From the NCBI GenBank assembly GCA_054600435.1, contig BAAIJX010000035.1, positions 186,001 to 246,992 on the forward strand: 60,992 nt of DNA. Reading direction: 5' to 3'. Shown piece after piece: positions 1 through 11,948 of this stretch. Position numbers and translations under genes: made by a program. The DNA comes from Neophaeotheca triangularis. Its lineage: Eukaryota. A model generated the notes under the pieces. That model made no database searches, was not told the origin of the DNA, and worked only from the letters and a program-made list of their open reading frames with translations. Within the stretch, counting starts at the first letter, position 1. Each line of letters begins with the position of its first letter.

Positions 1-3000
1 AACGAGGTCAACCCTGCACAGCGCAACTTCGAGTTCAAGTTCACTGTCGACAAATTGCAAGGCTCACTGTACCGTTCGGACCCCGACGGCAAAAAGGGGG
101 ACAAGCTGCTAGTGGACTTGATTGCTGAGTCGTTTTACCTGGAGTTCTATCAGCGTGCATTCGACATGGTCGCAGACGTCAAGCTACAGCAGTTGGTCGT
201 CGAAGACCACGTCGAGGAGTCACCTGCTTCAGAGTTCAAGAATCTGATCTCGAGCGAGGACATCTATTCGGGCAAGAAGGAAGACTTGCTCACGATACAT
301 TTCCAAATGGTGAACAAGGACCACCCAGAGTTCGAGACGAAGTTCGAGGGTATCAAGACGAACCTTGACGTGCAGCTCAGTACCATCAATTTGATGGTCA
401 CTCGGCGAACGCTCCTAACTCTGCTCGACTTCGTCATGGTCACTTTCGCCAGTGGTGACGACACATCCAAGGAGGTGGAACCTGCGCAGATTGAGGATGC
501 AGGCGAAGAAGAGGAACAGAAGCCCCAGGAGCAAGACAAGATCCGCATCAAGGCCGAGTTGAAGCGGGTTGCGGTCATACTGAATAACGATGGCATTCGC
601 CTTGCGACTCTGAGTTTGACCTCTGCATCGGTCAATTTGTTCCTTCACGGCAAGGCTATGAACGTTGCCGCCAAACTCGGAAATCTCGGCCTCGTCGACG
701 ACATCAACCAAGGTGTTGCCGAAGAGTCTGCTTTGAGGCAGCTTGTCTCAATCCAAGGCGACGAGCTCGCCGACTTCCGCTACCAAACGTTCGACGCGGA
801 AGCCGACAACTATCCTGGGTACGACACCTCAATCTTCTTGCGCGCAGGCTCCCTCAAGGTCAGCTTCGTCACCGAGCCCTTCCGCAAGATCATGGAGTTT
901 GGCGTCAAATTCGGCAAAATGCAAGCCCTCTTCAACGCAGCCCGTCAAGCCGCTGCAAATCAAGCTACCAAGGTGCAAGAGAGTGCCAGCAAGATGCACT
1001 TTGATGTCAAGGTCAAAACCCCCATCGTAGCATTCCCGCGCATGATTGTCACCGACCAGCCAGAGCGCGATCTGATGACGGCATACTTGGGCGAAATCTA
1101 CGCAAGCAATAAGTTTGTTCCGCTCACGGATGAGGATGATTCCAAGTCGGCAAATAAGCTTTCCGCTGGCATACACAACATCCGACTGACGTCGAGCTTC
1201 CATTATAATGACAGCAAGACTGAGGAGCTGGAACTCATCGACAAGGTGGACCTTGACTTTAACATCACTCAAGCTGACCATCAACCCGGGCTTGAACGCC
1301 CGGACACTGAGATTGAAGGCTCGATGAGTAACATCAACCTCAGGGTGACGGAAGCTCAGCTGAAATTCATTCTTGAGCTGAGCAGGACCATTCCCAGTGC
1401 TTTCGCCATAGAATCTGACGAGGTGGTGGAGGAGAAGGTCGAACGAGAGATGCCTTCCAGCGTCGTCGAGCCTGCCAAAGCGGCGCAGCCCTCGAGTAAC
1501 GAACAAGCCCTCGCCCGCAACGGCGGCCAGCAAGCCTCCCACCTCGGTCCAGAGCTGGGTGGCGAAGAGGAGAAATGGGCCAAGCTTGACCTTGTTTTCA
1601 AGATCGGGGCCATTGGCCTCGAACTCCTGCAGGGTCCCGCCGATGAGCCTGTTGGCGATCTGGATGCTGCCAGTCTGTCCAAGTTTGCTCTCAACGAGAC
1701 TAGCGTAAAGCTGAAGATGCTGAGCGATGGGGCTCTCGAGAGCGAGTTGCTGGTGCAGTCCTTCACAATCGCCGACACCAGGACGCGCGAGAAGAACAAG
1801 TTCCGCAAAATCATGTCGCTCATCAACAACGATGTCAAACAGCAATTCATGGCTTCGGTATCCATCTCGGGCGGTGAAGACAAGAACCTGGTCGCGCTGT
1901 TGACTATCGACAGCCCCAGGGTCATTCTAGCGCTCGATTACCTCTTTGCAGTCTCAAACTTCGCCAATAGAGCCCTCGCCGTTGACAAACCTCTTATCGT
2001 TGATGAGGAAACACCAGAGGAGTCTGAGGCACCGACACCCAACGATGACGATGCCGCCAGTGTCGCTACCGACGAGTTGGTCGAGCGTCAAAACGCTGCC
2101 GCGGAAAGCAAAGAAGATAAGCCAGCAGAAGAAGGGATGAAGATCTCCTACCGCGTCAACTTAGTCGATGCTCAGATCGTGCTTATTGCCAACCCTACCA
2201 TCAGCAATTCAGAGGCCATTGTGCTTGGCACAAAGCAAGTGTTGGTCTCGCAGCAGCACGCCATGACGCTGCAGGTCGAGAAGGTCGGCATGTTTCTTTG
2301 TCGCATGGACAAGTTCGAGACCACACAGCTGCGTATCCTGGACGACTTCAGCGTGCAGACGTCTCTTGACATGCGTTCGCAAGGCAAGGAGTCTTCGCTT
2401 ATGAACATCGAAGTCAACATCGAACCCTTGGTGCTGCGTCTGTCGTTGCGCGATATCTTGCTCGCGATGCAGATCGTGAATAGAGCTTCGGCCATGTCAT
2501 CGGAGCAAGATCAGAAAATGGCAGAGGAGGGACCAAAGAAAATCTCGCAAGCAAAAGGCTCGTCTGTCAAACCTCAAGGGGCAAAGTCCGCGGGCAAAAC
2601 ACTCGCCGGCAAGTCGGACGCTCAGAAACCCCAGGCCAAAACTATCGCGACCAAGACTCAGGCCGCGAAGCCACAGGAGCAAAAGCCAGTACAGGGCTCG
2701 GCTGTCCTCAAGCGTGAAGAAATGAAAGTGGTTATGGATGGCATCCGCGTCGTCCTTATTGGCGACCTGCACGAGCTTCCCATCCTTGACTGGAGCGTCA
2801 AGGGTTTCGAAGTGGATGTGAGAGACTGGACCGGCAACATGACTGCCGACACAAGCATCGACATGTTCTTCAACGTCCACAACTTCTCGAAATCCGCATG
2901 GGAACCCTTGATTGAACCCTGGCAGTTGGGCTTCCACTTGGCCAAGGCAACGCATCCGGACAGGCTGAGCGTCGAGCTCTTCTCCAGGAAGTCGCTAGAG

Positions 3001-6000
3001 CTCACAGTCACATCCGCCACTATTGCTTTGGCTTCCAAGTCTGCCGATTTCTTGTCGCAAGATGAGGATGTGCTTTCCAAGCCTAGGGGTAACGATGCTC
3101 CGTACCGCATTCGTAACTACACTGGCTTCGACATGAATGTCTGGACCATCACCGGTAACGACGATGATGGCCAAGCTGCCAAATTGACCGATGGCGAGGA
3201 GCAGCCGTGGCGATTCGAAGACCCGATCACTGCGCGTGAGACCCTTTCTCCAGAAGGCCAGACGGGTATGCTTGGCGTAAAGCTCGAGAGCAGTGGCTTC
3301 GATAGCATCGACCGTATCCCTGTCAACCGCGAAGGCGAGGCGCTCTTCAACCTCAAACCCCGGAAGGACAAGGTGCAACATCGCCTTCTTGTTGATGTGA
3401 AGCTTGGCACGGACAACGTCAAATACATCACGTTCCGCTCACCTCTGCTTGTCGAGAACAACACGCAGATACCCGTCGAGCTTGGCGTCTACAGCCCCGA
3501 CGAAGGCCATCTGCTCAAGATCGAGAAGATTGCTCCCGGCGAGGCGCGCCCTGCGCCAGTGGGGGCGGCATTCATGCACTCGCTGGTCGTCAGACCTGAC
3601 CAGGGCTTTGGTTACACCTGGTCGAGCGAGCGCTTATTCTGGAAGGATCTGCTCAAGCGTCCGGTGAGGACAATGACCTGTCAAGCTGAACAGGGCGGAA
3701 GCGCGCCGCCGTTCTACTTCCAAATGCAGAGCATTTTCGACAAGAACGATCCGCTCACCAAGTAAGTTGCTTCAGGATTCAACCTATGAGATGATGTTAC
3801 TAACTCTCACCCAGCGTATACCCCTATCAGCGGATCAGGCTTTCTGCGCCTGTTGAAGTCCAGAATCTGCTACCCTTCGACTTCAAGTACCGCATCTACG
3901 ACAAGAACACCAAGAAAGACTGGACGAACTTCTTGCGGAAGGGCGGCGTCAGCCCGGTGCATGTCGTCGAACTCTCGCATCTGCTCTTGATGAGCATCGA
4001 CATGCAGGACACGCCTTACAAGGCCAGCGAGTTTGCTATCATCAACTCGAGCGATCGCGAGGACTTCCGCAGAGAAAAGACATTGCTCGTCAAAGACAGC
4101 AACAACCTGGAGCTTCGCCTGAAACTGCACTATTACAACGTTCCTGACAGTGGAGGCGCGTTCAAGATCACCATCTATAGTCCCTATGTTATCCTCAACA
4201 GGACTGGTTTGGAACTGGACGTCCGAAGCAAGGCGTACTTTGGCTCTGCCAAGTCTGCAGCCGGCAGTCAAATCAAGGTCGACACGGATTCTCGCAAGCC
4301 AGTGCCTTTCATGTTCTCGTACCCCACCGATGACAGGAAGAACCGTGCTATGATCAAGGTCGGGCAGTCGGCTTGGAGTCAAGCTGTCAGTTTCGACGCA
4401 ATCGGCGCTACGATTGATGTCAAACTGCCCGCCGAGTCTGGTCGTATGGAAATGCACGCTGGCCTGCACGTTGAAGAGGGCGAAGGCAAATACAAACTCA
4501 CCAAGGTCGTCACCATTTCGCCGAGGTTTGTCGTCAAGAACCGTCTCTCAGAAGAGATACAAATTCGCGAACCAGGCTCTTCAGAGTCGGCGACGTTGAA
4601 GCCAAGCGACCTGCACCCGTTGCGATTCATGAAGCAGGCCACGGGTCAACAACTCTGTCTCTGCTTCCCGGGCATCAACAACTCTTGGTCATCGCCTTTC
4701 AACATCGCCGATATGGGAAGCGTGCACGTCAAGCTGGCCAAGTCTGGCGAGAGACAGAAGCTCATTCGGGTTGAGATTCTCATGGAAGGCGCAACAATAT
4801 TCTTGCATCTGAGCAACGAGACCAAGCACTGGCCTTTCTCTATGCGCAACGAAAGCGACGAGACTTTCCTCTTCTGGCAGGCAAACCCGAATATCGATGA
4901 AGAGGAAGAGGACTGTGGCTCGGGCTGGAAGCCCATTAGGTACCGGCTGCCGGCTCGCAGCATCATGCCCTATGCCTGGGACTACCCTGCTACCAAGAAC
5001 AAGAACCTCATCATCAGCGCTAACGGCAAGGAGCGGCACGTCAAGCTCGCTGAAATCGGCAACCTCATCCCCATGAGGCTTCCGGCGCAGCAGGGCGGAC
5101 GACAGAAGATCATTGACCTGAACGTCGTTGCAGACGGTCCGACACAAACGTTGGTCCTGTCCAACTACAAGCCCTCCAAGAGCTTGTACAAACAGAAGTC
5201 GGCGTCCGCCAGTGCTTCGACAACGGCTGGCTTCGAGGTCAAGGAGCAAGATATGGATGTGACTATGAGAGCGACTCTCCGCCTTGCTGGTTTCGGCATT
5301 TCTTTGATCAACTCACAGCTGCGAGAACTGGTCTACGTCACTTTCCGAGACATCGAGCTCAAGTACACCGATTCGCAACTCTACCAAACCGTGGCGACCA
5401 CTATCAAGTGGATCCAGATCGACAATCAGCTCTACGGCGGTATCTTCCCACTTCTGCTGTACCCGTCTGTCGTACCCAAGACCGGCAAGGAGATGGAAGC
5501 ACATCCTATTTTCCGCACGACCATCACCCGCGTCAAGGACGACTCGTACGGAGTCCTGTATATCAAGTACTTCACCTTCTTGATGCAGCAGATGACCATT
5601 GAGATTGACGAAGACTTCATCTTCGCACTGCTCGACTTTACAAAGGTGCCCGGTGCTTCGTGGTCCGAGGTGGAGAAAGAAGGCAAGTTGGCGCCGGATG
5701 AGCTCGACATACCAGAGCCTCAGCAGGAACAATCTGGGCAGGACATCTACTTTGAGCTTCTCCACCTCCAGCCGATGCAATTTGATCTGTCGTTCGTTCG
5801 AACGGAACGTATCAATGCCGAGGACACGGGCAGCTCGTCGAGCAACCCTTTCATGTTCGCCGTCAACGTGTTGACCATGTCTATTGGCAACGTCAACGAT
5901 GCGCCCATCAGATACAACGCCCTGATGCTTGAGAACGCCCGCGTTTCCGTCAATGCGCTGATCAATAACATCAGGAGCCACTACGTTCAGGAGTCGCTCC

Positions 6001-7004
6001 GCCAGGTCCATATCGTCATTGGGTCTGCTGACTTCCTGGGTAACCCGGTTGGTCTCTTCAACAATATCAGTTCGGGTGTTGCAGACATCTTCTACGAGCC
6101 ATACCAAGGTCTGGTCACGGACCGCCCACAAGATTTGGGTGTCGGTATCGCCAAGGGAGCCAGCAGCTTTGTCAAGAAGAGCGTCTTCGGCTTGTCTGAC
6201 AGCGTTTCGAAGTTCACCGGCAGCATCAGCAAGGGTCTCGCCGCGGCAAGCATGGACAAAGAGTTCCAGGATCAGCGCCGCATGTCGCGTTCCCGCAACA
6301 GGCCAAAGCATGCTCTTTACGGCATTACGTCGGGCGGCAACGCCTTCGCCAATAGCGTTGCCAGCGGCATCGGCGGCCTCGCGCGACACCCACTGCAAGG
6401 CGCGGAAAAAGAAGGCGCGGCTGGCTTCGTGAAAGGCGTTGGCAAAGGTCTCCTGGGCATGGCGACGAAGCCCGCAATCGGCGCTTTCGACCTCGCCTCC
6501 AACATGGCCGAAGGGGTGCGCAACACCACCACCGTCTTCGACCAAGAAGGCCTCGATCGCGTTCGCCTGACGCGCTTCATCGGCATGGACGGCATCGTGC
6601 GGCCGTACAGCCAACGCGAAGCGCTTGGCCAATTCTGGCTCAAGACGCTCGACAACGGCAAATACTTCAACGAAGCCTACATCGCGCACCTGGAGCTCAA
6701 TCCAGGTAGCGCGGGCGACAAGCAGCCGTCGCGCAACCACAACGCTGAATCCAGTATGCTGGTCATGCTGACGTACAACCAGATCATGCTGGTGCGGGCT
6801 AAAAAGCTGACGACGGAGTGGGAGGTGCCGCTCAAGGACGTGCAGACCATTAGCAAGGAGCGTACGGGCATGAGTATTGTGTTGAAGGGGGGGAGCAATG
6901 GGCCTTTCATCCCGATCGCTGATGAGGTCAGTCGGAATTGGTTGTATAGGCAGGTCGCTGTTGCTGTCAATGCGTACAATGATAAGTGGAATGCCAAGGG
7001 ATAG
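1..7004 (+). CDS. VPS13: Vacuolar protein sorting-associated protein 13 (lipid transfer protein), 5'-truncated by the window; exons <1-3761 and 3815-7004
   Basis: Two long ORFs are joined by intron 3762-3814 (GTAAGT, TACTAAC branch, CAG), giving ...NDPLTN-VYPYQRIRLSAPVEVQNLLPF. Vps13 hallmarks: KSAWEPLIEPW, APYRIRNYTG, WIQIDNQL, ILGSADFLGNPVGLF-like (VIGSADFLGNPVGLF), the ATG_C-like GFVKGVGKGLLG helix region and a C-terminal PH-like end. Confidence 0.96.
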
Positions 7005-7842
7005 ATTGGGTTTGAGGTGGGAGACCTAAGAAAGACTGAGATTGGGGGAAATGGGGCATGATGGTACGGCGTTGGTGGGATCACTCTGGACTTGGGAAAA
7101 TTGCATAGCGGTATTGTAGCCTATGAGTTGTATTCTTTACGTTTTGCGTCCCTCATGTCGCTGCCCATTATGTTCTGGTTTGTTGCCCGGGGCCCTCGTT
7201 CCCGACAGGTGATTTGCTCGAGAACGACACCGCGAAAAAGAAAGGACCACCACCTACCTGCTCTTCAGGTTTACCTTCAATCTAGCTTCCAGAAGAGGCA
7301 TCTGTCTCCTGCAATGTCCAAGTGCCAGATTCGATGCCACTCGCTACGCATACGCTGGCCGATCTCCGATGGCACCCCTCACGACCTTGAGGTTGGAAAC
7401 ATGAAGAGACGAAAAACGTACGTTGGTTAACGGAGGGGGTGAGTGGCCCATTGGCAGGCAAAGCAGGTGATATAATAATAAGACCACCCAACTGATCGAG
7501 TGGTCTTCGAAAGCTTCTGCTCACGTCTATTCTCTTACCTCCTACATTGAGACAAAGGACTACCACAACGCTGACCCTAGCCACCCAAGAAATGTAATAA
7601 AAACAGCTACAGCCAGCTGAGTCGCCTCTATGCGGTGAGAAGTTCCACTGCTTGCTCAGCACAGCAAAAGGAAGGGAAATTGAGAGAAAAAAATTGTAAA
7701 GATACAACAGGTGGGATTCCCACGTGGTCACCCACCGTAGTACTAATCACCCGCTTCAGTGCTTGAATATGGCAGAGCGGACTATATTGCGGATGCCTAG
7801 TTCTCCTAGCTTATTCCTCGAAAAGATCCTAGAAATTCGCCC

Positions 7843-9223
7843 CTAGGCGGGCCCCAATCTGCTGAATCTCTCCCGTAACATTTCCAACACTCCCCTTCCG
7901 GAGTCAGATACCGTTGCCGGATTGGGTGCAGGCCCGGCCGGCGGTGGTGGTCTTCGAGATGCCCTTGGACGTGTACCGGCAGGTGATGAATACACTTGCC
8001 TTGGGATCTTTGGCCGCTGGTTAGAGCTTCTAGGTGTCGCTACCGGACTTGCCTCGCTGGTCGTCGCTATATAGTCGTCTGATCTAGTGTGTCGTTGCAC
8101 CTGCAGTGATTGCGTGCGCTCGGATTCTCTAGGTACTGTCGGTACTGTCGGTCCTAGTCCGTCTTCCGGCACTAGCGCTATCTGCAATTGCTGATTTCGC
8201 CTTTGCGCCGCCTCCTGCGCCGCTCTCGCCTAATCCGTTCTCGCCCGGTCCTCTGCTACTCTATCTTGCCGTCGAGCTTCATTCTCGATCTCTGTGTACT
8301 CCGGATCCTCTATCCGAGGCGTTAGCGAGTGTAAGACTGAGAGCAGTGACTAACATACTTTTGAGAATATTCGACTTTAAGAAAAAAGCTGATCTCGCGC
8401 GGTTGGCAGCCAACAAGTTGTACTCTATGATGTGATCACTCCCGACCAGCATGTCGACAGGAAGATCTGGCATCACGTAACACAAGGTGGTGCGTGTTAT
8501 AGCCTGGTCGATCGCATACCACTCAACCCATACCTGTTGTCGCACTGTAATGGGGTTGTTGTTGATGGTCATGAATATTTCGTCTTTTTCGTCCGAAAGC
8601 AGCACTAAACTTGCTTTGTGGATAAGCTTCTAGGAGACAAAGCTAGCCGTGCTTCCTATGTCAAGCTGGATTCGAGTGCTCGTGTAGTTTCCATTTGGCT
8701 TCTCGATATGTACGCTCCATATAAAGTCGTTCACGTGAACCGTGCCTAGACCACTTTGTCGATCGGTCGGATGTTTCAATTCCTCAGTCTCTCGCTCGAG
8801 CTTCTCTACAGTTTCCTTTATTTTTTCTAGATCGATGTCTGTTCGATGAAGGGAACTCATTAGGTAGTCTGGCGAGCTGAGGAACGTGGTGGCTGATTCT
8901 GGAGCGTCTTCCACGTTCGCGATTCTGCGTGATAAGCGCTTTCCCCTGTGGTGGTTTAGAGTATAGTCTTGAGTATGCGTGGTGGTGTGGACAGGTGTGC
9001 TTACTCCAGAGTAATTCCCTAGAATCTGGTGGGTATGCGGACGAACTCCATCGCTAGATCTATCGTCTGTCTGATACAATGGATCATTCCCATCGTCACT
9101 TCTTGCCCTACTTTGATCTTGGTGTAGTGGACGGCGGCCATCGTGTTCAGATATGCTAGAGAAGCGAAAGTATGGGTTGTTCGGTGAGCGTGCGGCGGCG
9201 GGAAAGGTGTAGTTTGGGACCAT
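7843..9223 (-). pseudogene. Disrupted gene encoding a retropepsin-like (clan AA) aspartic-protease-fold domain flanked by low-complexity/coiled-coil regions; exons 9223-8359 and 8309-7843
   Basis: ORFs 8630-9223 and 8279-8605 share a frame separated only by TAG at 8632-8630. Read through they give TRIQLDIGSTASFVS*KLIHKA...LCYVMPDLPVDMLVGSDHI, matching retropepsin LD(T/S)GA/S..SFIS and D(hydrophobic)2G.D motifs. A canonical intron 8358-8310 (GTATGT/GCTAAC/TAG) joins in frame to the 7843-8187 ORF through a second TAG at 8232-8230. Total 444 codons. Confidence 0.65.
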
Positions 9224-9477
9224 GCAAGTCTATATTGCAAAGCCCTCAGCCAGATGTTGCGCCCCAACCTGCAAATCTGCTGCACCCCATCACGCGCTCG
9301 CTTAAAAGAGGCCGCCTCGTCACGCAGTGGCAAATCGTCATGGCGCACATCACCAAGCTGCAGCTTTGGGGCACTGCTCAGCTCGCTTGAACAGCCTCAT
9401 CGCATTGCATTACATTAGGGAGACCCCCAGTATTGCACGTACTGAGAATACTCACCTCACCTCACTTCACCAAAGTT

Positions 9478-10613
9478 ATGTCGTCGCTACAAAGCAGCGG
9501 TATGCCCAGCGCAAGTGTACCGTCCAATATTGTAAAGCCAGATGCCCCAGCCGCAGGGTATCCGCGTCTTGCGGACTTCATGTCCAAATGGCCCGAGACA
9601 CAGATATTTCGATCGTTCCACCAGCTCAACATCCTGAATATTCTTCGACTTCAAGCAGAACTACACGATTTGGACAGACGACTTACTGAGACCCAACGAC
9701 TTGATGAGATCCAAAACTCTGATGCCGAGATCAGTAACAACAAGAGTTTTTCGGCCATGCGTAGTGACGAGACCAGTGATGAAGAGTCGCAAGCATCTCT
9801 GCTCGAGGAGATCGACCGGAAGCTCGAAAGATACAGTTAGTCTCATCGGAGTTTACGGCCAACGAATAGTTGCTAACATGTCTCCGGACACTGCTATCTT
9901 GCAGCTGTTCCAGCTCCGCAGCGTCCAATCCCCGAGAAAGCAAGACATGGACAGCTTGCTGGAGTACTTACGCGGACGCGTTGACATAAATAGCGAAGAC
10001 TTCCTGAGGTACCCAGAACGAGACACTTGGCCAAACCAGTATTCTGTGGAGTATCGTGACCGCATTTTAGATGAGTACGTTACGGCTGACCCGCGGGCAT
10101 CGAAGCGCGACTACTTCAGCATCCTCCTGGAAGGAGCGTTACTGTACATACATCATCGCATTTGGCTGTACTTGCAACGCAAAAACCGCAAGTCAGGCGA
10201 GGTAAGCTTTCGCGGGCGGCGAATCTAGAGTGTTCAGTGGTTCCTCAGAGGTGAACTAACAGTATCGCTCAGGCACTTTGGACAGAACGTCCCACGATTT
10301 ACAAGACCCGTCATTCGGAAATCATTGGTACCTCCATTGCAGTGGCGTTAGCGGCCCTGCTTCCTGGTGTCGCGATGCTTGTGTTATATCACGTGAATCA
10401 CATGATATGGCGGATTGTGTTTGCCATCATCTTCACCACAGTGTTCACTGCCTTTCTGAAGATCTTTACGGCTGCGCAAACAGCTGAGATCTACGCAGCC
10501 ACAGCAGCGTACGTCGTCAAGTGCGCCAAAGTCTTGATCGCCATTACTAACAAGCCAGATTTGCCGCTGTCGTGGTCGTCTTTATCGGGAGTGACACTCT
10601 TAGGAAACCCTAA
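9478..10613 (+). CDS. DUF6594-type fungal protein with C-terminal transmembrane helices (possibly defective); exons 9478-9835, 9888-10201, 10273-10508, 10559-10613 (320 aa)
   Basis: N-terminal motif GYPRLADFMSKWPETQIFRSFHQLNILNILRLQAELHDLDRRL and C-terminal TM block ALLPGVAMLVLYHV...IVFAIIFTTVFTAFL...EIYAATAAFAAVVVVFIG, which I recognise as the DUF6594 pattern. Introns 2 and 3 are canonical. Intron 1 has a GTTAGT donor and GCTAAC branch, but the in-frame acceptor reads GG (9886-9887). Confidence 0.8.
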
Positions 10614-11948
10614 GGAGTCTGGCCGGTCACTTCGATATGCATCTCGAGGAAGGCGAAGAGAAACTCTTCGAATTGGCGGATGAACTATTCGCTTCTAGGG
10701 CAGCCGTGGGTTTCCGATGAAGTGCAGGTCATTCGGATTGACGGCCTTGGCAGTGGTCAAGTGTTTTGGGAGGCTCTTTATTTCACGGGAACTGGACGAG
10801 GTGCAGCATCTCCGGGCGTTTCCTTCTTGACACGGTGTTCCAGGAATCGTCAGAAGGTTTTGTGGAGCTCACCCCCAATGGTTGCGTGATACTCCGACAG
10901 GGTGCTTGGATGGGCGGTTCGCAGGCATGGCGCCTGCAAGCCGCATGCAAGACAAGCATGCATACTATTGGCTGAAGACGGAGCTAGCAAGTATGCCGTC
11001 TTGTGCTTCATTAACCACTGTATGGATCAGTATTGCAATGAAAAACCACCTGATGTTGTACTTTTGCAAGTGACGTGTCTAGTAGGTAGTACCTGTAGTA
11101 GGAACCTATCCCGAAGATGTTCCATCTACCGATGTTCCGAGCTTACGGTCCGTGCAAATCCAATGCAAAATGACGGGGAGACGACGGCGCATGCGGATGC
11201 CTTAGATTCACTGAGCTCTGGTCGTATCTGAAAGTCATAACTGCGTTTATGTATATAATTATCAACAAAAAGAAGGCGTTAACGAACAAAGGTAGCCAAC
11301 TTGGACAAGACAGCTTCGCCGGCTGGATGCTATGATAGGCAGCGAGAGCTTCACAAGAGCGTTTAACCGCCGCATGTACAAAACTTCGACTCGGACGTCT
11401 TCCCCCAATGCCCTATGACTAGTAGAGAGCAGGGTAGGATAGCTCGAATTGGAGTTGAGGAACTATACTCTGAACACCACTCGCCTCGAGCCGACTCTGA
11501 TGAACTCTTCTTGATTCGATCCGACTCCGCTCCGACTTTAGCCTGGGGATTGAGTAGCCGGTTGGAAGGCGAAGCTGGTTGATCGTATCCCCCTCCCTGG
11601 CAGCCATACTTGTCGTGATGTCGATTTCCCGAAAGCTAGAGGTGAGGGAAGGTATCAATGTCGTGGATCAGGAGGGTGAGAATGAAGTCGGCAAAGTTTG
11701 AGAGCACAAATTTTGGAAAGCTGAATTCTGAGAAATAAGGGCAAAGCCGATAGATTGAACAGACTTGTGCCATTGGTGACTTGATCTACTCATACAGTCC
11801 ATCGTTGCGTATTCGAAAGACTGAAAATTCGCACTCAACGCCTACCAAAAAGAAAAAAAAAAGAAAGAAACAACACCTTCTCTTCAGACCCCTTTCCCTT
11901 CACCACTGACCTCTCAAATCTTCTCGTACCCGGCATACAGACTCTACT

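Noticed and set aside
5313..6740. 475-aa antisense ORF within VPS13 (also 829-1845)
   Set aside because: Shadow ORF caused by biased codon usage of the sense gene; no motifs of its own.
7843..9223. Possible LTR retrotransposon (gag-protease) remnant
   Set aside because: No RT, RNase H, integrase, zinc knuckle or LTRs are visible, and the gene has a spliceosomal intron. It is treated as a host-type gene, though a remote TE origin is not excluded.
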